Shown in pieces: positions 51,085-63,757 of a DNA stretch of 64,000 bases (positions within the stretch are counted from its first letter, which is position 1; every line of letters starts with the position of its first letter). The stretch spans positions 512,001 to 576,000 of the forward strand of contig CAVYSW010000003.1 in NCBI GenBank assembly GCA_963771275.1. Reading direction: 5' to 3'. The DNA is from an uncultured Gemmatimonadales bacterium (GTDB lineage: Bacteria > Gemmatimonadota > Gemmatimonadetes > Gemmatimonadales > GWC2-71-9). A program made the translations under genes and the position numbers. The notes below the pieces were generated by a model, which was not told the DNA's origin, made no database searches, and saw nothing but the letters and a program-made list of their open reading frames with translations.

Positions 51085-52563
51085 TCACAGTCGGTCGCGC
51101 AGGTGATCGCGCACCGTCTCCACGACTTTCACGCGGGCCCACTGCTTGTCGTTCGCCTCGACGAGGACCCACGGGGCGTACTCGGTGCTCGTCCGCTCGA
51201 TCATGTCGCACGCGGCCGCCTCGTAGGCATCCCACCGCGTGCGGTTCCGCCAGTCTTCCTCGGTGATCTTGTACTGCTTGTACGGCGTCGTCTGCCTGTC
51301 CTTGAAGCGGCGCAGCTGCTCGTCGGCGGAGATCGCGAGCCAGAACTTGACGATGATGTTCCCCGCCTCGGCGAGCTGCTCCTCGAACTCGTTGATCTCG
51401 GCATAGGCCCGGCGCCACTCGTCGGGCCGGGCGAACCCCTCGATCCGCTCGACGAGCACGCGACCGTACCACGAGCGGTCGTACACCGTCGCCCGCCCGC
51501 GCCGGGGCAGGGCGCGCCAGAAGCGCCAGAGGTACGGGTGGGCGCGCTCCTCGTCCGTCGGGGCTGCAATGCCGATCACCCGGTAGAGATAGGGACTCAT
51601 CGCCCCGGTGAGACGGCGGATCGCTCCGCCCTTCCCGCCGGCGTCCGGGCCTTCGAACACCGCGATCAGCGACCGTCCCGCCTTGGCGAGCTTGTGGGTC
51701 AGCCGCCCAACGTCGGCCTGCGCCGCCGCGAGGCGTTTGTCATACACCCTCTGGGCCAGGGAGTGGCTGAGGTCGAGCCGTCGGATCACGTTGACGCGCG
51801 CCGGTTTGGGGAGCGGCGGCTTCCGCGCCGGACGCTTGACCGACCGGGTTTCCAGCTCGGTGAGGGCCTCTTCCAGGGCCTCGAGGACGGACGTCGCCAC
51901 CGTGAGGTTGCGGTACTCGGCGTCCGCCGCCTCGACCACGGTCCACGGCGCGTATCCCAGGCTGGTCTCCCGCAGCGCGCGCTCCGATACGCTGCGGAAC
52001 TCGTCGTAGCGCTTGAAGAACTTCCGGGCGGAGCGATGGAGCCGCCACCGCGCGCGCGGATCGGACGCCAGCTGCTTGATCCGCTTCTTCTCGTCGGCCT
52101 TGCTGAGGTGCAGCCAGTACTTGAGCACGGGCACACCCTCAAGGGTGAGCATCCGCTCGAAGTCGCGGATCCGGTTGAGCGCGCGCTGGAACGTGTCTTC
52201 GTCGATGCGCTCGTACGCCCGATCCACGATCAAACGACTGTACCACGATCCGAAAAAGATCCCGATCTTCCCCTTGGGCGGCAGCACCCGCCAGAAGCGC
52301 CAGTATGCGGGACGCTCGCGCTCCTCGTCGGTGAGATCGAACAGCACGTTGGTCTCGAGGCCGCGCGCATCCATCCACTCGTGCAGCAGCGCCATCGTCT
52401 CGCTCTTGCCCGCACCTTCGGCGCCGCCGACGATGATGACCGGCGCCAACGGCGACGCCGCGATGCGGCGCTGCACCGCGAGGAGCGCCGCCCGCACGGC
52501 CGGCGCCTTCCGCTTGTAGGTGGTCTTGTCGAGCTTGTTGCCCACCTCGGCAGCCTCGAACAT
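51085..52563 (-). CDS. pap: Polyphosphate:AMP phosphotransferase (two-domain PPK2)
   Basis: MFEAAEVG; two PPK2 domains (GAEGAGK and EGPDAGGKGG), DRSWYGRVLVERIEGF, YKITEEDWRNR. Confidence 0.92.
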   Translation of the reverse strand: MFEAAEVGNKLDKTTYKRKAPAVRAALLAVQRRIAASPLAPVIIVGGAEGAGKSETMALLHEWMDARGLETNVLFDLTDEERERPAYWRFWRVLPPKGKIGIFFGSWYSRLIVDRAYERIDEDTFQRALNRIRDFERMLTLEGVPVLKYWLHLSKADEKKRIKQLASDPRARWRLHRSARKFFKRYDEFRSVSERALRETSLGYAPWTVVEAADAEYRNLTVATSVLEALEEALTELETRSVKRPARKPPLPKPARVNVIRRLDLSHSLAQRVYDKRLAAAQADVGRLTHKLAKAGRSLIAVFEGPDAGGKGGAIRRLTGAMSPYLYRVIGIAAPTDEERAHPYLWRFWRALPRRGRATVYDRSWYGRVLVERIEGFARPDEWRRAYAEINEFEEQLAEAGNIIVKFWLAISADEQLRRFKDRQTTPYKQYKITEEDWRNRTRWDAYEAAACDMIERTSTEYAPWVLVEANDKQWARVKVVETVRDHLRDRL

Positions 52564-52748
52564 GGTCGTTTCTCCCGTCGCGTCTCCGTCGTCCAGCAGG
52601 TCCGCGACCACCGTGCGGGTGCCGCGTGCGGACCAGGTCGGCCTCAGCATCCCGCGTCCCGAGGTAATATCCCCCTCCGGCCGGCGGGTGCCAGGGTCGC
52701 CCCCTGGCACGATGGCGCGAAGGCATTACGTTTGCAGGACAACCGATT

Positions 52749-52802
52749 CCGTGGTGATTTGCGGCCTATTGCAGCCACGTTAAACAAGTCGCTAAAAAGC
52801 CG
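52749..52802 (+). ncRNA. SAM-II (SAM-alpha-like) riboswitch aptamer
   Basis: CCGTGGTGATTTG-cggcctat-TGCAGCCACGTTAAACAAGTCGCTAAAAAG matches the SAM-alpha consensus as I recall it; P1 CGTGG/CCACG; CGGC/GCCG pseudoknot pairing possible; lies upstream of metH. Confidence 0.85.
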
Positions 52803-52841
52803 GACCCCGGGGGCCGACTTGGCGACCGGGGATCTTTCGTT
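52803..52841 (+). terminator. Putative riboswitch-controlled terminator
   Basis: CCCCGG..GCCG-act-TGGC..CCGGGG then ATCTTTCGTT. Confidence 0.5.
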
Positions 52842-52848
52842 CCGGGAG

Positions 52849-52938
52849 AGTGAAAAGGAGAAGTGAAACGTGAAGAGTGCGATGCCGTGTCCAGGAGGCT
52901 CCGTTTCACTTTTCACTTTTCACTCTTCACTCCTCACC
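52849..52938. repeat. Inverted heptamer-array hairpin, copy A
   Basis: Left arm AGTGAAA-type units (52849-52879); right arm tttcact x3, cttcact, cctcacc (52904-52938). Confidence 0.85.
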
Positions 52939-52967
52939 GAAAGGCGCTTGGTGCCGAAAACACGCAC

Positions 52968-56665
<3,698 letters not shown>

Positions 56666-56669
<4 letters not shown>

Positions 56670-58507
56670 CGCGGTCTCTCGCTGCGCTGATCGCCGACGA
56701 GCGGGTCCATGTGATCGACGGGGCGATGGGGACGATGCTCTACAGCCACGGCGTGTTCGTGCACGTCTGCTACGATGAGCTCAACCTCACGCGCCCCGAG
56801 CTGGTGCGCGACGTCCACGCGGCGTACCGCAAGGCCGGCGCCGAGATCCTCGAGACCAACACGTTCGGCGCCAACCCGGTGAAGCTCTCGAGCTACGGCC
56901 TCGACGGCGACACCGAGCGGGTGAACGCGGCGGCGGCCCGTCTGGCCCGGGAGGCGGCGGGGACCGGGGCGTGCGTCGTCGGCGCGATCGGGCCACTGGG
57001 CATCCGGATCGAGCCGTTCGGGCCGACGAGTCGCGACGAGGCCGAGGCGCACTACGGCCGGCAGGTCGAGGGGCTGCTCGCGGGCGATGTGGACGGCTTC
57101 GTCCTCGAGACCTTCTCCGACGTGGACGAGCTGCATGCGGCCCTGCGGGCGGTCCGCGCGCGGTCGGCGCTGCCCGTGATCGCCCAGATGACGATCGTGG
57201 AGAGCGGGAAAACGACGTACGGGACCGACGTCGAGACCATCGCCCGGCGCCTGACCGCGATCGATGCCGACGTCGTCGGGCTCAACTGCGCGGTCGGACC
57301 GGCCGGCATGCTCGAGGCAATCGAGCGCATGGCCGCCGTCACCGATCGGCCGCTTTCCGTCCAGCCCAACGCGGGCCTTCCCCGCGATGTCGGCGACCGG
57401 AAGATCTATCTGGCGAGCCCCGAGTACATGGCGCGGTACGCGCGCCGGTTCATCGAGGCGGGAGCCCGCTTCGTCGGCGGCTGTTGCGGCACGACGCCGG
57501 AGCACATCCGCAAGATCCGCGAGCAGGTGGCGACGCTTCAGCCGCGCCGCGCGCCGTCTGTGACCGTGCGCGACGCCCACCCTGCACCCGTGGGCGGCAC
57601 CGGCCCCGTGCCCCTGGCGGAGCGCTCGCGCTGGGGCGCCAAGCTCGCGCAGGGCGCGTTCCTGCGCAGCGTGGAGCTGCTGCCGCCCAAGGGGTGGCGG
57701 GCGGACGACCTACTCGCCCGGGCCCGGCGCCTGCGCGAGGCGGGCGTCGACGCCGTCAACCTGCTGGACACGCCGCGCGCCCAGAGCCGAATGGGTGTCC
57801 TGCCGTCGGCCATGCTGATCGAGCGTGAGGCGGGCATCGAAACCGTCGCGCACTACACGTGCCGCGACCGCAACATGCTCGGCATGATCAGCGACATCCT
57901 CGGCGCGGCGGCGACCGGCCTGCGCAACATCCTGATCGTGACAGGCGATGCACCGGTGATGGGGCCGTATCCGGACGCGACCGCCGTGTTCGACATCGAC
58001 AGCATTGGCCTCACCAATGTCGTGCGCCGGCTCAACCAGGGGCTCGATCCCGGCGGCAACCCGATCGGGGAGCCGACCCGCTATGTCGTGGGCGTCGGGG
58101 TCAACCCCGGGGCGGTGGATCTCGAGCTCGAGATCCGGCGGTTCTACTGGAAGGTGGATGCCGGCGCGGATTTCGCCGTCACGCAGCCGGTGTTCGATGC
58201 CGCCCAGCTCAGCGCCTTCCTCGACCGGATTCGCGAGTTCCGCATCCCGTTGCTCGCCTCCATCTGGCCGCTGGTGTCGTTGCGGAATGCCGAGTTCCTG
58301 GCGAACGAGGTCCCCGGGGTGAACGTCCCGGCCCGTGTGATCGCGCGGATGCGCGCGGCCCAGGCACGGGGGGACGATGCGGCGGCCGCAGAAGGGGTGC
58401 ACATCGCGCGCGAGGTGCTGGCGGAGGTCCGGGGCCTCGTCCAGGGGGTGCAGCTCGCGGCACCGCTGGGGCGCATCGAGCGCGCGTTGGAAGTGCTTGA
58501 GGAGTGA
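56666..58507 (+). CDS. yitJ: Bifunctional homocysteine S-methyltransferase / methylenetetrahydrofolate reductase (YitJ type)
   Basis: [18 protein letters not shown], then [40 protein letters not shown]. Confidence 0.9.
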
Positions 58508-58625
58508 AACAGGAGTGAAAAGTGAAAAGACTGGCGGCCAGCACTGGGCGTCATCCGCGGCGTGGCAGCCCCGCTCGCTGCGTTTTCACGTTTCACTTTT
58601 CACGCTTCACGCTTCACTTCTCACC
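58503..58625. repeat. Inverted heptamer-array hairpin, copy B
   Basis: Left arm AGTGAAA x3; right arm tttcacg tttcact tttcacg cttcacg cttcact tctcacc; contains the stop codons of both convergent genes. Confidence 0.85.
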
Positions 58626-59493
58626 CATTCGCCACCGCGTCAACCACCGCCCGATACCGCTCCGCTGCCCCCCGAACCCCCAGGTTGCTCACGTAGACCC
58701 GCGTCACGCCGACCTCGCGCAGGCGCCGGATCGTCCCGGCGCAGATCTCGGCCGGCGACCGGCCCTCGGCGAAGTCGCGCGTGATGCCCTCCACGGGGAC
58801 CGGCAGGAACTGCGCCAGCTTCCCCAGCGTCGCGGGGTTCGCGCTCCGGTAGTAAAACACACCGAACACGCCGGGCGCCGCGACGCCGCGGCGCGCCGCC
58901 TCCCGGACGAACGCCTCGACGGCCCGCAGCTCGTGGTGCGAGACGATCTGGGTCAGGTAGAATGACGCCGTGAATCCCGGGTCGAGCAGGAAATCCACCT
59001 GTCGGGCCGGGTCGCCGTGCGGATTGGCCCACCCGCCCAGCGCAAGGCCGGGGACCCGCTGGCGCAGCCGCCGCCGCAGCTCGTACGCATGTGGTACGCA
59101 ACGGGGCGGTCCGACCCGCCGGTCCCCGCCCAGCACCGTGATCGCCTGATAGCCGTGGGACGCCACGCGCTCCGCGTACAGCAGGCAGTAATCCAGCGGG
59201 TGCTTGCAGGTGAGGAACGGCACCACCCGGGCGGGATTCACCTCGCCCGCGAGGTTCGTGGCGAGGTGCCGCAGGTTCTCCTCTTCCGCGGCCCCGACGG
59301 CGTTGTCCGTGAGAAACAGGACGGTGTCGTGCCGCGCCAGCCGGCCCACCTCGTGCGCCATGTCGATCCACGTGTCCATCGCGTCCGCCGCCCGCAGTCC
59401 CGCCGGTGGGGGACGGAGCTCGGCCGCGATCAGCGGCGGGGCCGCACGCAGGCGGTCTGTCACCGTGTCCGGTGCTACATTTCGGTCGTTCAT
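58621..59493 (-). CDS. Divergent MTHFR (MetF)-like FAD-binding protein
   Basis: AELRPP, LTDN, PFLTCK, LGGD, GWANP, FYLTQ, GVF motifs follow MetF order. Confidence 0.65.
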   Translation of the reverse strand: MNDRNVAPDTVTDRLRAAPPLIAAELRPPPAGLRAADAMDTWIDMAHEVGRLARHDTVLFLTDNAVGAAEEENLRHLATNLAGEVNPARVVPFLTCKHPLDYCLLYAERVASHGYQAITVLGGDRRVGPPRCVPHAYELRRRLRQRVPGLALGGWANPHGDPARQVDFLLDPGFTASFYLTQIVSHHELRAVEAFVREAARRGVAAPGVFGVFYYRSANPATLGKLAQFLPVPVEGITRDFAEGRSPAEICAGTIRRLREVGVTRVYVSNLGVRGAAERYRAVVDAVANG

Positions 59494-59555
59494 GCGTCCG
59501 TGCCGAACTTATGGCCCCGACGGAACGGGGTCTAGCCGGCGATGGGGGGGGATCC

Positions 59556-59882
59556 ATGGCGCGACTGGTGAAGCTGCTCGTCCTGCTGGTGCTGGCCGGC
59601 GTCGTGGTGAGCGCCGCCTCCTACGCCGGGGCCCGCGCCACCGCCGGCAAGCTGGTCGGCAACACCCCCCCCATGTCGGAGCGGACGATCACGTTCGCGT
59701 TCGCGGGGATCCCCGAGCTGCCCGGCCGGCCGCGCGCCTGGGTGATCACCTACGCACGAACCCGCCTTCCCGGCGTGCGCTCGGTGACGATCTACGTGTC
59801 GGCCAGGGGCAAGCTGCTCGCGATGAAGCCGCGGGATCTCGACGCCCGGCTCGACGCCTACGAGAAGGCGCTCGAACCCTGA
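59556..59882 (+). CDS. Hypothetical small secreted or membrane-anchored protein
   Basis: MARLVKLLVLLVLAGVVVSAA; G-rich SD. Confidence 0.65.
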   Translation: MARLVKLLVLLVLAGVVVSAASYAGARATAGKLVGNTPPMSERTITFAFAGIPELPGRPRAWVITYARTRLPGVRSVTIYVSARGKLLAMKPRDLDARLDAYEKALEP

Positions 59883-59895
59883 GCGCGGTTCCCCG

Positions 59896-60765
59896 GTGAC
59901 GGAGCCCCGGCGGGCCGTCGTCGTTTCGGGCGCGTCGAAGGGAATCGGGCGCGCGTGCGTCGCGGAGCTGGCACGGCGGGGCTATCACGTGTTCGCCGGC
60001 GTGCGGTCCTCGACGGACGGCGCCGCGCTGCGGGACGAGGCCGGCGATCACGTGACGCCGCTGACGCTCGACGTCACGCGCGAAGCCGACGTGGCGCGCG
60101 CCGCGGACACCGTGCGCGACGCGGTCGCCGCGCGCGGCGTGTGGGGACTGGTGAACAACGCCGGGATCGTGGTGGCCGGCCCCCTCGAGTTCCTCCCCGG
60201 CGACGCCCTGCGGGACCAGTTCGAGGTGAACGTCTTCGGCACGCTCGCGCTCACCCGGGCGCTCCTCCCCCTGCTCCGAGCGGCGCGCGGGCGCGTGGTG
60301 AACGTCAGCTCCGTGAACGGCCGCCTCGCCTCGCCGTTCTCGGGCGCCTACGCCGGCTCCAAGTTCGCCCTCGAGGGGCTGTCCGACGCGCTGCGGCTCG
60401 AGCTGGCCCCCGCGGGGGTCGCGGTCGTGGTGGTGCAGCCCGGAGCGATCGCGACCGCGATCTGGGAGACCTCGCGCCAGCGCGCCATGAACCTACTGCC
60501 GCGCTATCCCGCCGATGCGTGGACTCATTACGGGAGCGTGCTCGATCGGCTGCAGGACATCCGCGTGCCGCCGCGCGCCGCTCCGGCCGAGCGGGTGGCG
60601 CGGGTGGTGGCCCGGGCGCTCGCCGCGCGCCGGCCCCGCACGCGCTATCACGTTGGCTGGGACGCGCGCGCGGGCGTGCTGCTGGCGCGCCTGCTACCGG
60701 GCCGCGCGCTCGACTGGGTGTTCGGCACGCGCCGGTCACGGCGCGCCGTTCCGAAGCGCACGTAG
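59896..60765 (+). CDS. SDR family oxidoreductase
   Basis: SGASKGIG, LVNNAG, NVSS, YAGSK. Confidence 0.93.
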   Translation: MTEPRRAVVVSGASKGIGRACVAELARRGYHVFAGVRSSTDGAALRDEAGDHVTPLTLDVTREADVARAADTVRDAVAARGVWGLVNNAGIVVAGPLEFLPGDALRDQFEVNVFGTLALTRALLPLLRAARGRVVNVSSVNGRLASPFSGAYAGSKFALEGLSDALRLELAPAGVAVVVVQPGAIATAIWETSRQRAMNLLPRYPADAWTHYGSVLDRLQDIRVPPRAAPAERVARVVARALAARRPRTRYHVGWDARAGVLLARLLPGRALDWVFGTRRSRRAVPKRT

Positions 60766-60787
60766 CCGACCTGCGGCGCGCGCCGCG

Positions 60788-61243
60788 CTACGCGCGGGCC
60801 CCGCCTTCGCGGATGCGGGCCGCCACATCGGCCGCCGCGCGGGCTACCGCCGGCGACACGACGGCACCGGGCGTGAAGTCCGCCCCCTCCACCCCGAAAA
60901 TCCGGAGCGTAGCCGGCAGACCGTCGATCGCCCGCGCGAGGGCGATGGCCTGCGCCAGCCCCAAGGCGTGCGTCGAGTGCACGGGCGACGGCGGAAGCGA
61001 GTCCCGCCGGCCGTCCATGACGTGGAGCGTGCCGGGAGGAGCTCCGGCGAGCACGGCGTCGACGACGATCACGTCGTCGCCCGCGGCCCACGCCTGCAGC
61101 AGCGCGGTGCAGTCTCCCGTGATCTCGAGCACGTCGACGCCGGCAATCGGCGCGGCACGGAGCAGGTCGGCGACGAGGGGGCCGGCGCCGTCGTCTCCGC
61201 GGTCCCGGTTGCCGACACAGATCACGAGCACCCGGCGGCTCAC
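60788..61243 (-). CDS. Hydrogenase maturation protease (HycI/HyaD family)
   Basis: VGN..RGDDG.G, VIVVDAV, PG, STH..GL; GTGA overlap. Confidence 0.88.
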   Translation of the reverse strand: MSRRVLVICVGNRDRGDDGAGPLVADLLRAAPIAGVDVLEITGDCTALLQAWAAGDDVIVVDAVLAGAPPGTLHVMDGRRDSLPPSPVHSTHALGLAQAIALARAIDGLPATLRIFGVEGADFTPGAVVSPAVARAAADVAARIREGGARA

Positions 61244-61653
61244 CGCCCGGTCTCGGCGCGCCGCGCGCCGGAGGCCTGCTGCTGCTCCGCCAGCCAGTCC
61301 TTGGCGGCATCGACGGCGTCGAAGGTCGCGAACTTGCGGCGGGTCACCCGGCTCACCGCGGCGAGGATCACGCGCTGGAGCCCGGAGACTCCGACCACCG
61401 CGCTGGCCAGCACGTAGGGCTTGTTCGCTCGCGCGAGATCCTGCAGCGCGCGCAGGATGCGGGCGTCGAACCGGGATCCTTTCACGTCCACCAGCGTGCG
61501 GACCGACTGCAGCGCCTGCTCGCCGGTGCGCCCCTTGGACGCGGCGATCACCCGCAGACCCTCCTCCGTGTCCTCGAGGCCGGAAAAATCGTAGAAGAGA
61601 ATCCGCACGCCCTTGTGCTCGACCCATCGCGTGCGCTCAGCGGGGCTGGTCAC
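61240..61653 (-). CDS. Hypothetical STAS/SEC14 (SpoIIAA-like) protein
   Basis: HKG..IL..DFS, RTLVDV, N.PYV..SAVVG.SGLQ, F.....AKDWL. Confidence 0.65.
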   Translation of the reverse strand: MTSPAERTRWVEHKGVRILFYDFSGLEDTEEGLRVIAASKGRTGEQALQSVRTLVDVKGSRFDARILRALQDLARANKPYVLASAVVGVSGLQRVILAAVSRVTRRKFATFDAVDAAKDWLAEQQQASGARRAETGR

Positions 61654-61665
61654 CGGTCGCCTCCC

Positions 61666-62679
61666 TCAGCGTGGAGCATTCCGCCGCGGCTCGCCGGCGG
61701 CGCGTGGCGACGGCGACCTGGTCCCGATTCCCTCCCGAGCCAACGCGCGATCGATGTCCTCCAGCAGCCTGCTCGCTCCGAGCCGGAACCACGCGGGGTT
61801 AAGCGCCCCGATTCCGAGCTCTCGCTCCACCAGTCGCGCCCAAGCAAGCGCCTGCTCGGCCGTCGTGATGCCGCCGGCGGGCTTCAAGCCGGCGCGGGTG
61901 CCGGTCCGCCGGCGGTATGCGCGGATCGCCCGTGCCATCACAACGCCGGCGGGCAGCGTGGCATTCACGACTTCCCTGCCCGTCGAGGTCTTGAGAAAGT
62001 CCGCACCCGCCATCAGGCAGACCGCGCTGGCTCGGGCCACGTCGTCGAGCGAGGCCAGCGTACCGGTCGCGAGGATCGCCTTGAGCGTGGCGCCTCCGCA
62101 GGCCGCGCGATACGCGCGGATTTCATCGTACAGCGATTGCCAGTCGCCGGCCAGCACATGCGCCCGGGGGATCACCGCGTCAATCTCCCCCGCCCCCGCC
62201 GCCACCGACTCCCGGATCTCGGCGAGGCGCGCGGCGAGCGGGCCATCGCCGCGCGGGAACCCGGCGGACACGACCGCCACGGGAATCCCCGAGCCGGCGA
62301 GCGCCCGGCGCGCGACCGGCAGGAAGCGGTGATGCACGCAGACAGCGGCCACGTGAATGGCGGCGGCCCCACCAACAGCTCGGGCAAGGTCCGGGCTCAC
62401 CGGCTGCCGAGCCCTGGCGCACAACGCCCGCACGCGCTGCTCCGTGCCGTCGTCCTCGAGGTACGTCAGATCGAGGCACTCGACGATCTGCAGGAGCAGC
62501 CGCGGCCGCCGTGCGTCGGACCCGAGCCGGCCGGTCTCGAGCAGCATGGCCCGGGCGTCAACGGCAGCGGGGCGCACGCGCATCCGGCGGACCCAATCGA
62601 GGTCCAGGATCGTGCCGGGGTTGCGACGGCCAGGTCGCTGCCCAGTATTCCGTTCCGGAGGGTGGGCCCGAGGACGCAC
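61666..62679 (-). CDS. deoC: Deoxyribose-phosphate aldolase
   Basis: RNPG..LDLDW, DLT.L, AVCV, FP.G, GA.EID.VI, LKAIL, GADFLKTSTG, KPAGGI, FRLGAS; start uncertain (GTG 62679). Confidence 0.9.
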   Translation of the reverse strand: MRPRAHPPERNTGQRPGRRNPGTILDLDWVRRMRVRPAAVDARAMLLETGRLGSDARRPRLLLQIVECLDLTYLEDDGTEQRVRALCARARQPVSPDLARAVGGAAAIHVAAVCVHHRFLPVARRALAGSGIPVAVVSAGFPRGDGPLAARLAEIRESVAAGAGEIDAVIPRAHVLAGDWQSLYDEIRAYRAACGGATLKAILATGTLASLDDVARASAVCLMAGADFLKTSTGREVVNATLPAGVVMARAIRAYRRRTGTRAGLKPAGGITTAEQALAWARLVERELGIGALNPAWFRLGASRLLEDIDRALAREGIGTRSPSPRAAGEPRRNAPR

Positions 62680-62814
62680 AGGAAGATCAAGATAGCCACC
62701 TCGGGTCGAGCAGCGCGCGGGGCGCCGCCGCCCGTGCAGGCTCTTGCAGGATGGGGGTTCTCCTCCACATTCCGCGGCGCCGCCGGGCCCGCGCCAGGCC
62801 CGGGACGGTACTGT

Positions 62815-62839
62815 TAAGTCGTTGTCAACGAATATCTTA
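62815..62839. promoter_or_regulatory. 25-bp dyad TAAG-N17-CTTA (IHF-like half sites) upstream of the sigma-54 promoter
   Basis: TAAGTCGTTGTCAACGAATATCTTA. Confidence 0.5.
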
Positions 62840-62866
62840 CGACCGATTGGCATGGCGGTCGGGATA

Positions 62867-62882
62867 TGGCGCGTGGCTTGCA
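62867..62882 (+). promoter_or_regulatory. Sigma-54 (-24/-12) promoter of the pilin operon
   Basis: TGGCGC-GTGGC-TTGCA with exact GG-N10-GC spacing. Confidence 0.7.
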
Positions 62883-62895
62883 CATTAGGGTCGAG

Positions 62896-63357
62896 ATGGG
62901 AAACGCACGGTTCCGAACCGTCGCCGGCTACTCGCTGATCGAGCTCCTGTTCGTGATGGTCGTCTTGGGGATTCTCCTGGCGATCACCTACGTCAAGGTG
63001 GGGCCCACGCTGGAGCGCGCGCGGGTGCGGGGCGCGGCTGGTGTGCTCGCGACCGACCTCCAGTACGCGCAGGCGCTGGCGGCGCGGTATCGCACCCCGA
63101 TGGTGTTCACGGTGGACGCGACGCAGAAGACATATCAGATTGCCGATCGTGGTGGCGCGAACGTGTATCGGCTGCGGAATCTCGGCGCGGGAGGCGAGTA
63201 CGTGCTGGATCAGTTCACCGCCACCCCCACGGCGGTCGAGGTGTTTCCCAACGCGGTCGTCGCCCAGAGCGCGACGTATACGCTCGGCCTCAATGGGTAC
63301 CGCCGGCGTGTGACGTTCTCGCGGGCGGGGCAGGTCCGTGTCGCCACGATTCCGTAG
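62896..63357 (+). CDS. Type IV minor pilin / pseudopilin (FimT/GspH-like)
   Basis: Prepilin motif AG|YSLIELLFVMVVLGILLAI; L..DLQYA...A; V.FS..G. Confidence 0.85.
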   Translation: MGNARFRTVAGYSLIELLFVMVVLGILLAITYVKVGPTLERARVRGAAGVLATDLQYAQALAARYRTPMVFTVDATQKTYQIADRGGANVYRLRNLGAGGEYVLDQFTATPTAVEVFPNAVVAQSATYTLGLNGYRRRVTFSRAGQVRVATIP

Positions 63358-63757
63358 GGGACCTGCGGCGCCGGAGGCGGGCGTATCGCTGATCGAGGTG
63401 GTTATCGCGCTCGCGATTCTCTCGGTCGTGCTGCTCGCCCTCAGCGGCATCATGTTTCAGATGGGGCGCCACACCCGGGTGTCCGGACTCATCGGCGCTC
63501 GGAGCGCGGCCCTGGAGAGCGCCGCTTCGCTCGCGCAGTCCGTTCGCTGGGACAGTCTGCCGGCGATCCCGGGCTGCGCAACCGACACCTCGGCGGCGTT
63601 GGTGTTCACGCGCTGCTTCGAGGTCCAGACGCTGGGCCCGTCGCTGCGGCAGGTTCGGGTGATCGTGACCCCCACGGTGGCGACCGTCATGAAGGCTGAA
63701 ACCCTCATGGTGCAGCGGACACGACCCAGGGCGCTGTCACCGCTCAACATTCAATGA
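63338..63757 (+). CDS. Type IV minor pilin (PilV-like)
   Basis: EAG|VSLIEVVIALAILSV prepilin motif. Confidence 0.8.
   Translation: MSPRFRRGPAAPEAGVSLIEVVIALAILSVVLLALSGIMFQMGRHTRVSGLIGARSAALESAASLAQSVRWDSLPAIPGCATDTSAALVFTRCFEVQTLGPSLRQVRVIVTPTVATVMKAETLMVQRTRPRALSPLNIQ

Noticed and set aside
52849..52938. Heptamer arrays as a CRISPR array
   Set aside because: Units are 7 nt, tandem and inverted, with no repeat-spacer structure and no cas genes
52843..52960. GGGAGAG...CACCGAAAGGCGC resembles a glycine riboswitch
   Set aside because: The CTCTCAGG element and closing P1 are missing; the stem is explained by the heptamer repeat
52863..52967. N-terminal extension of MetH (MKREECDAV...FTFHFSLFT)
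   Set aside because: It is the translated repeat; MetH-like sequence begins at ATG 52968
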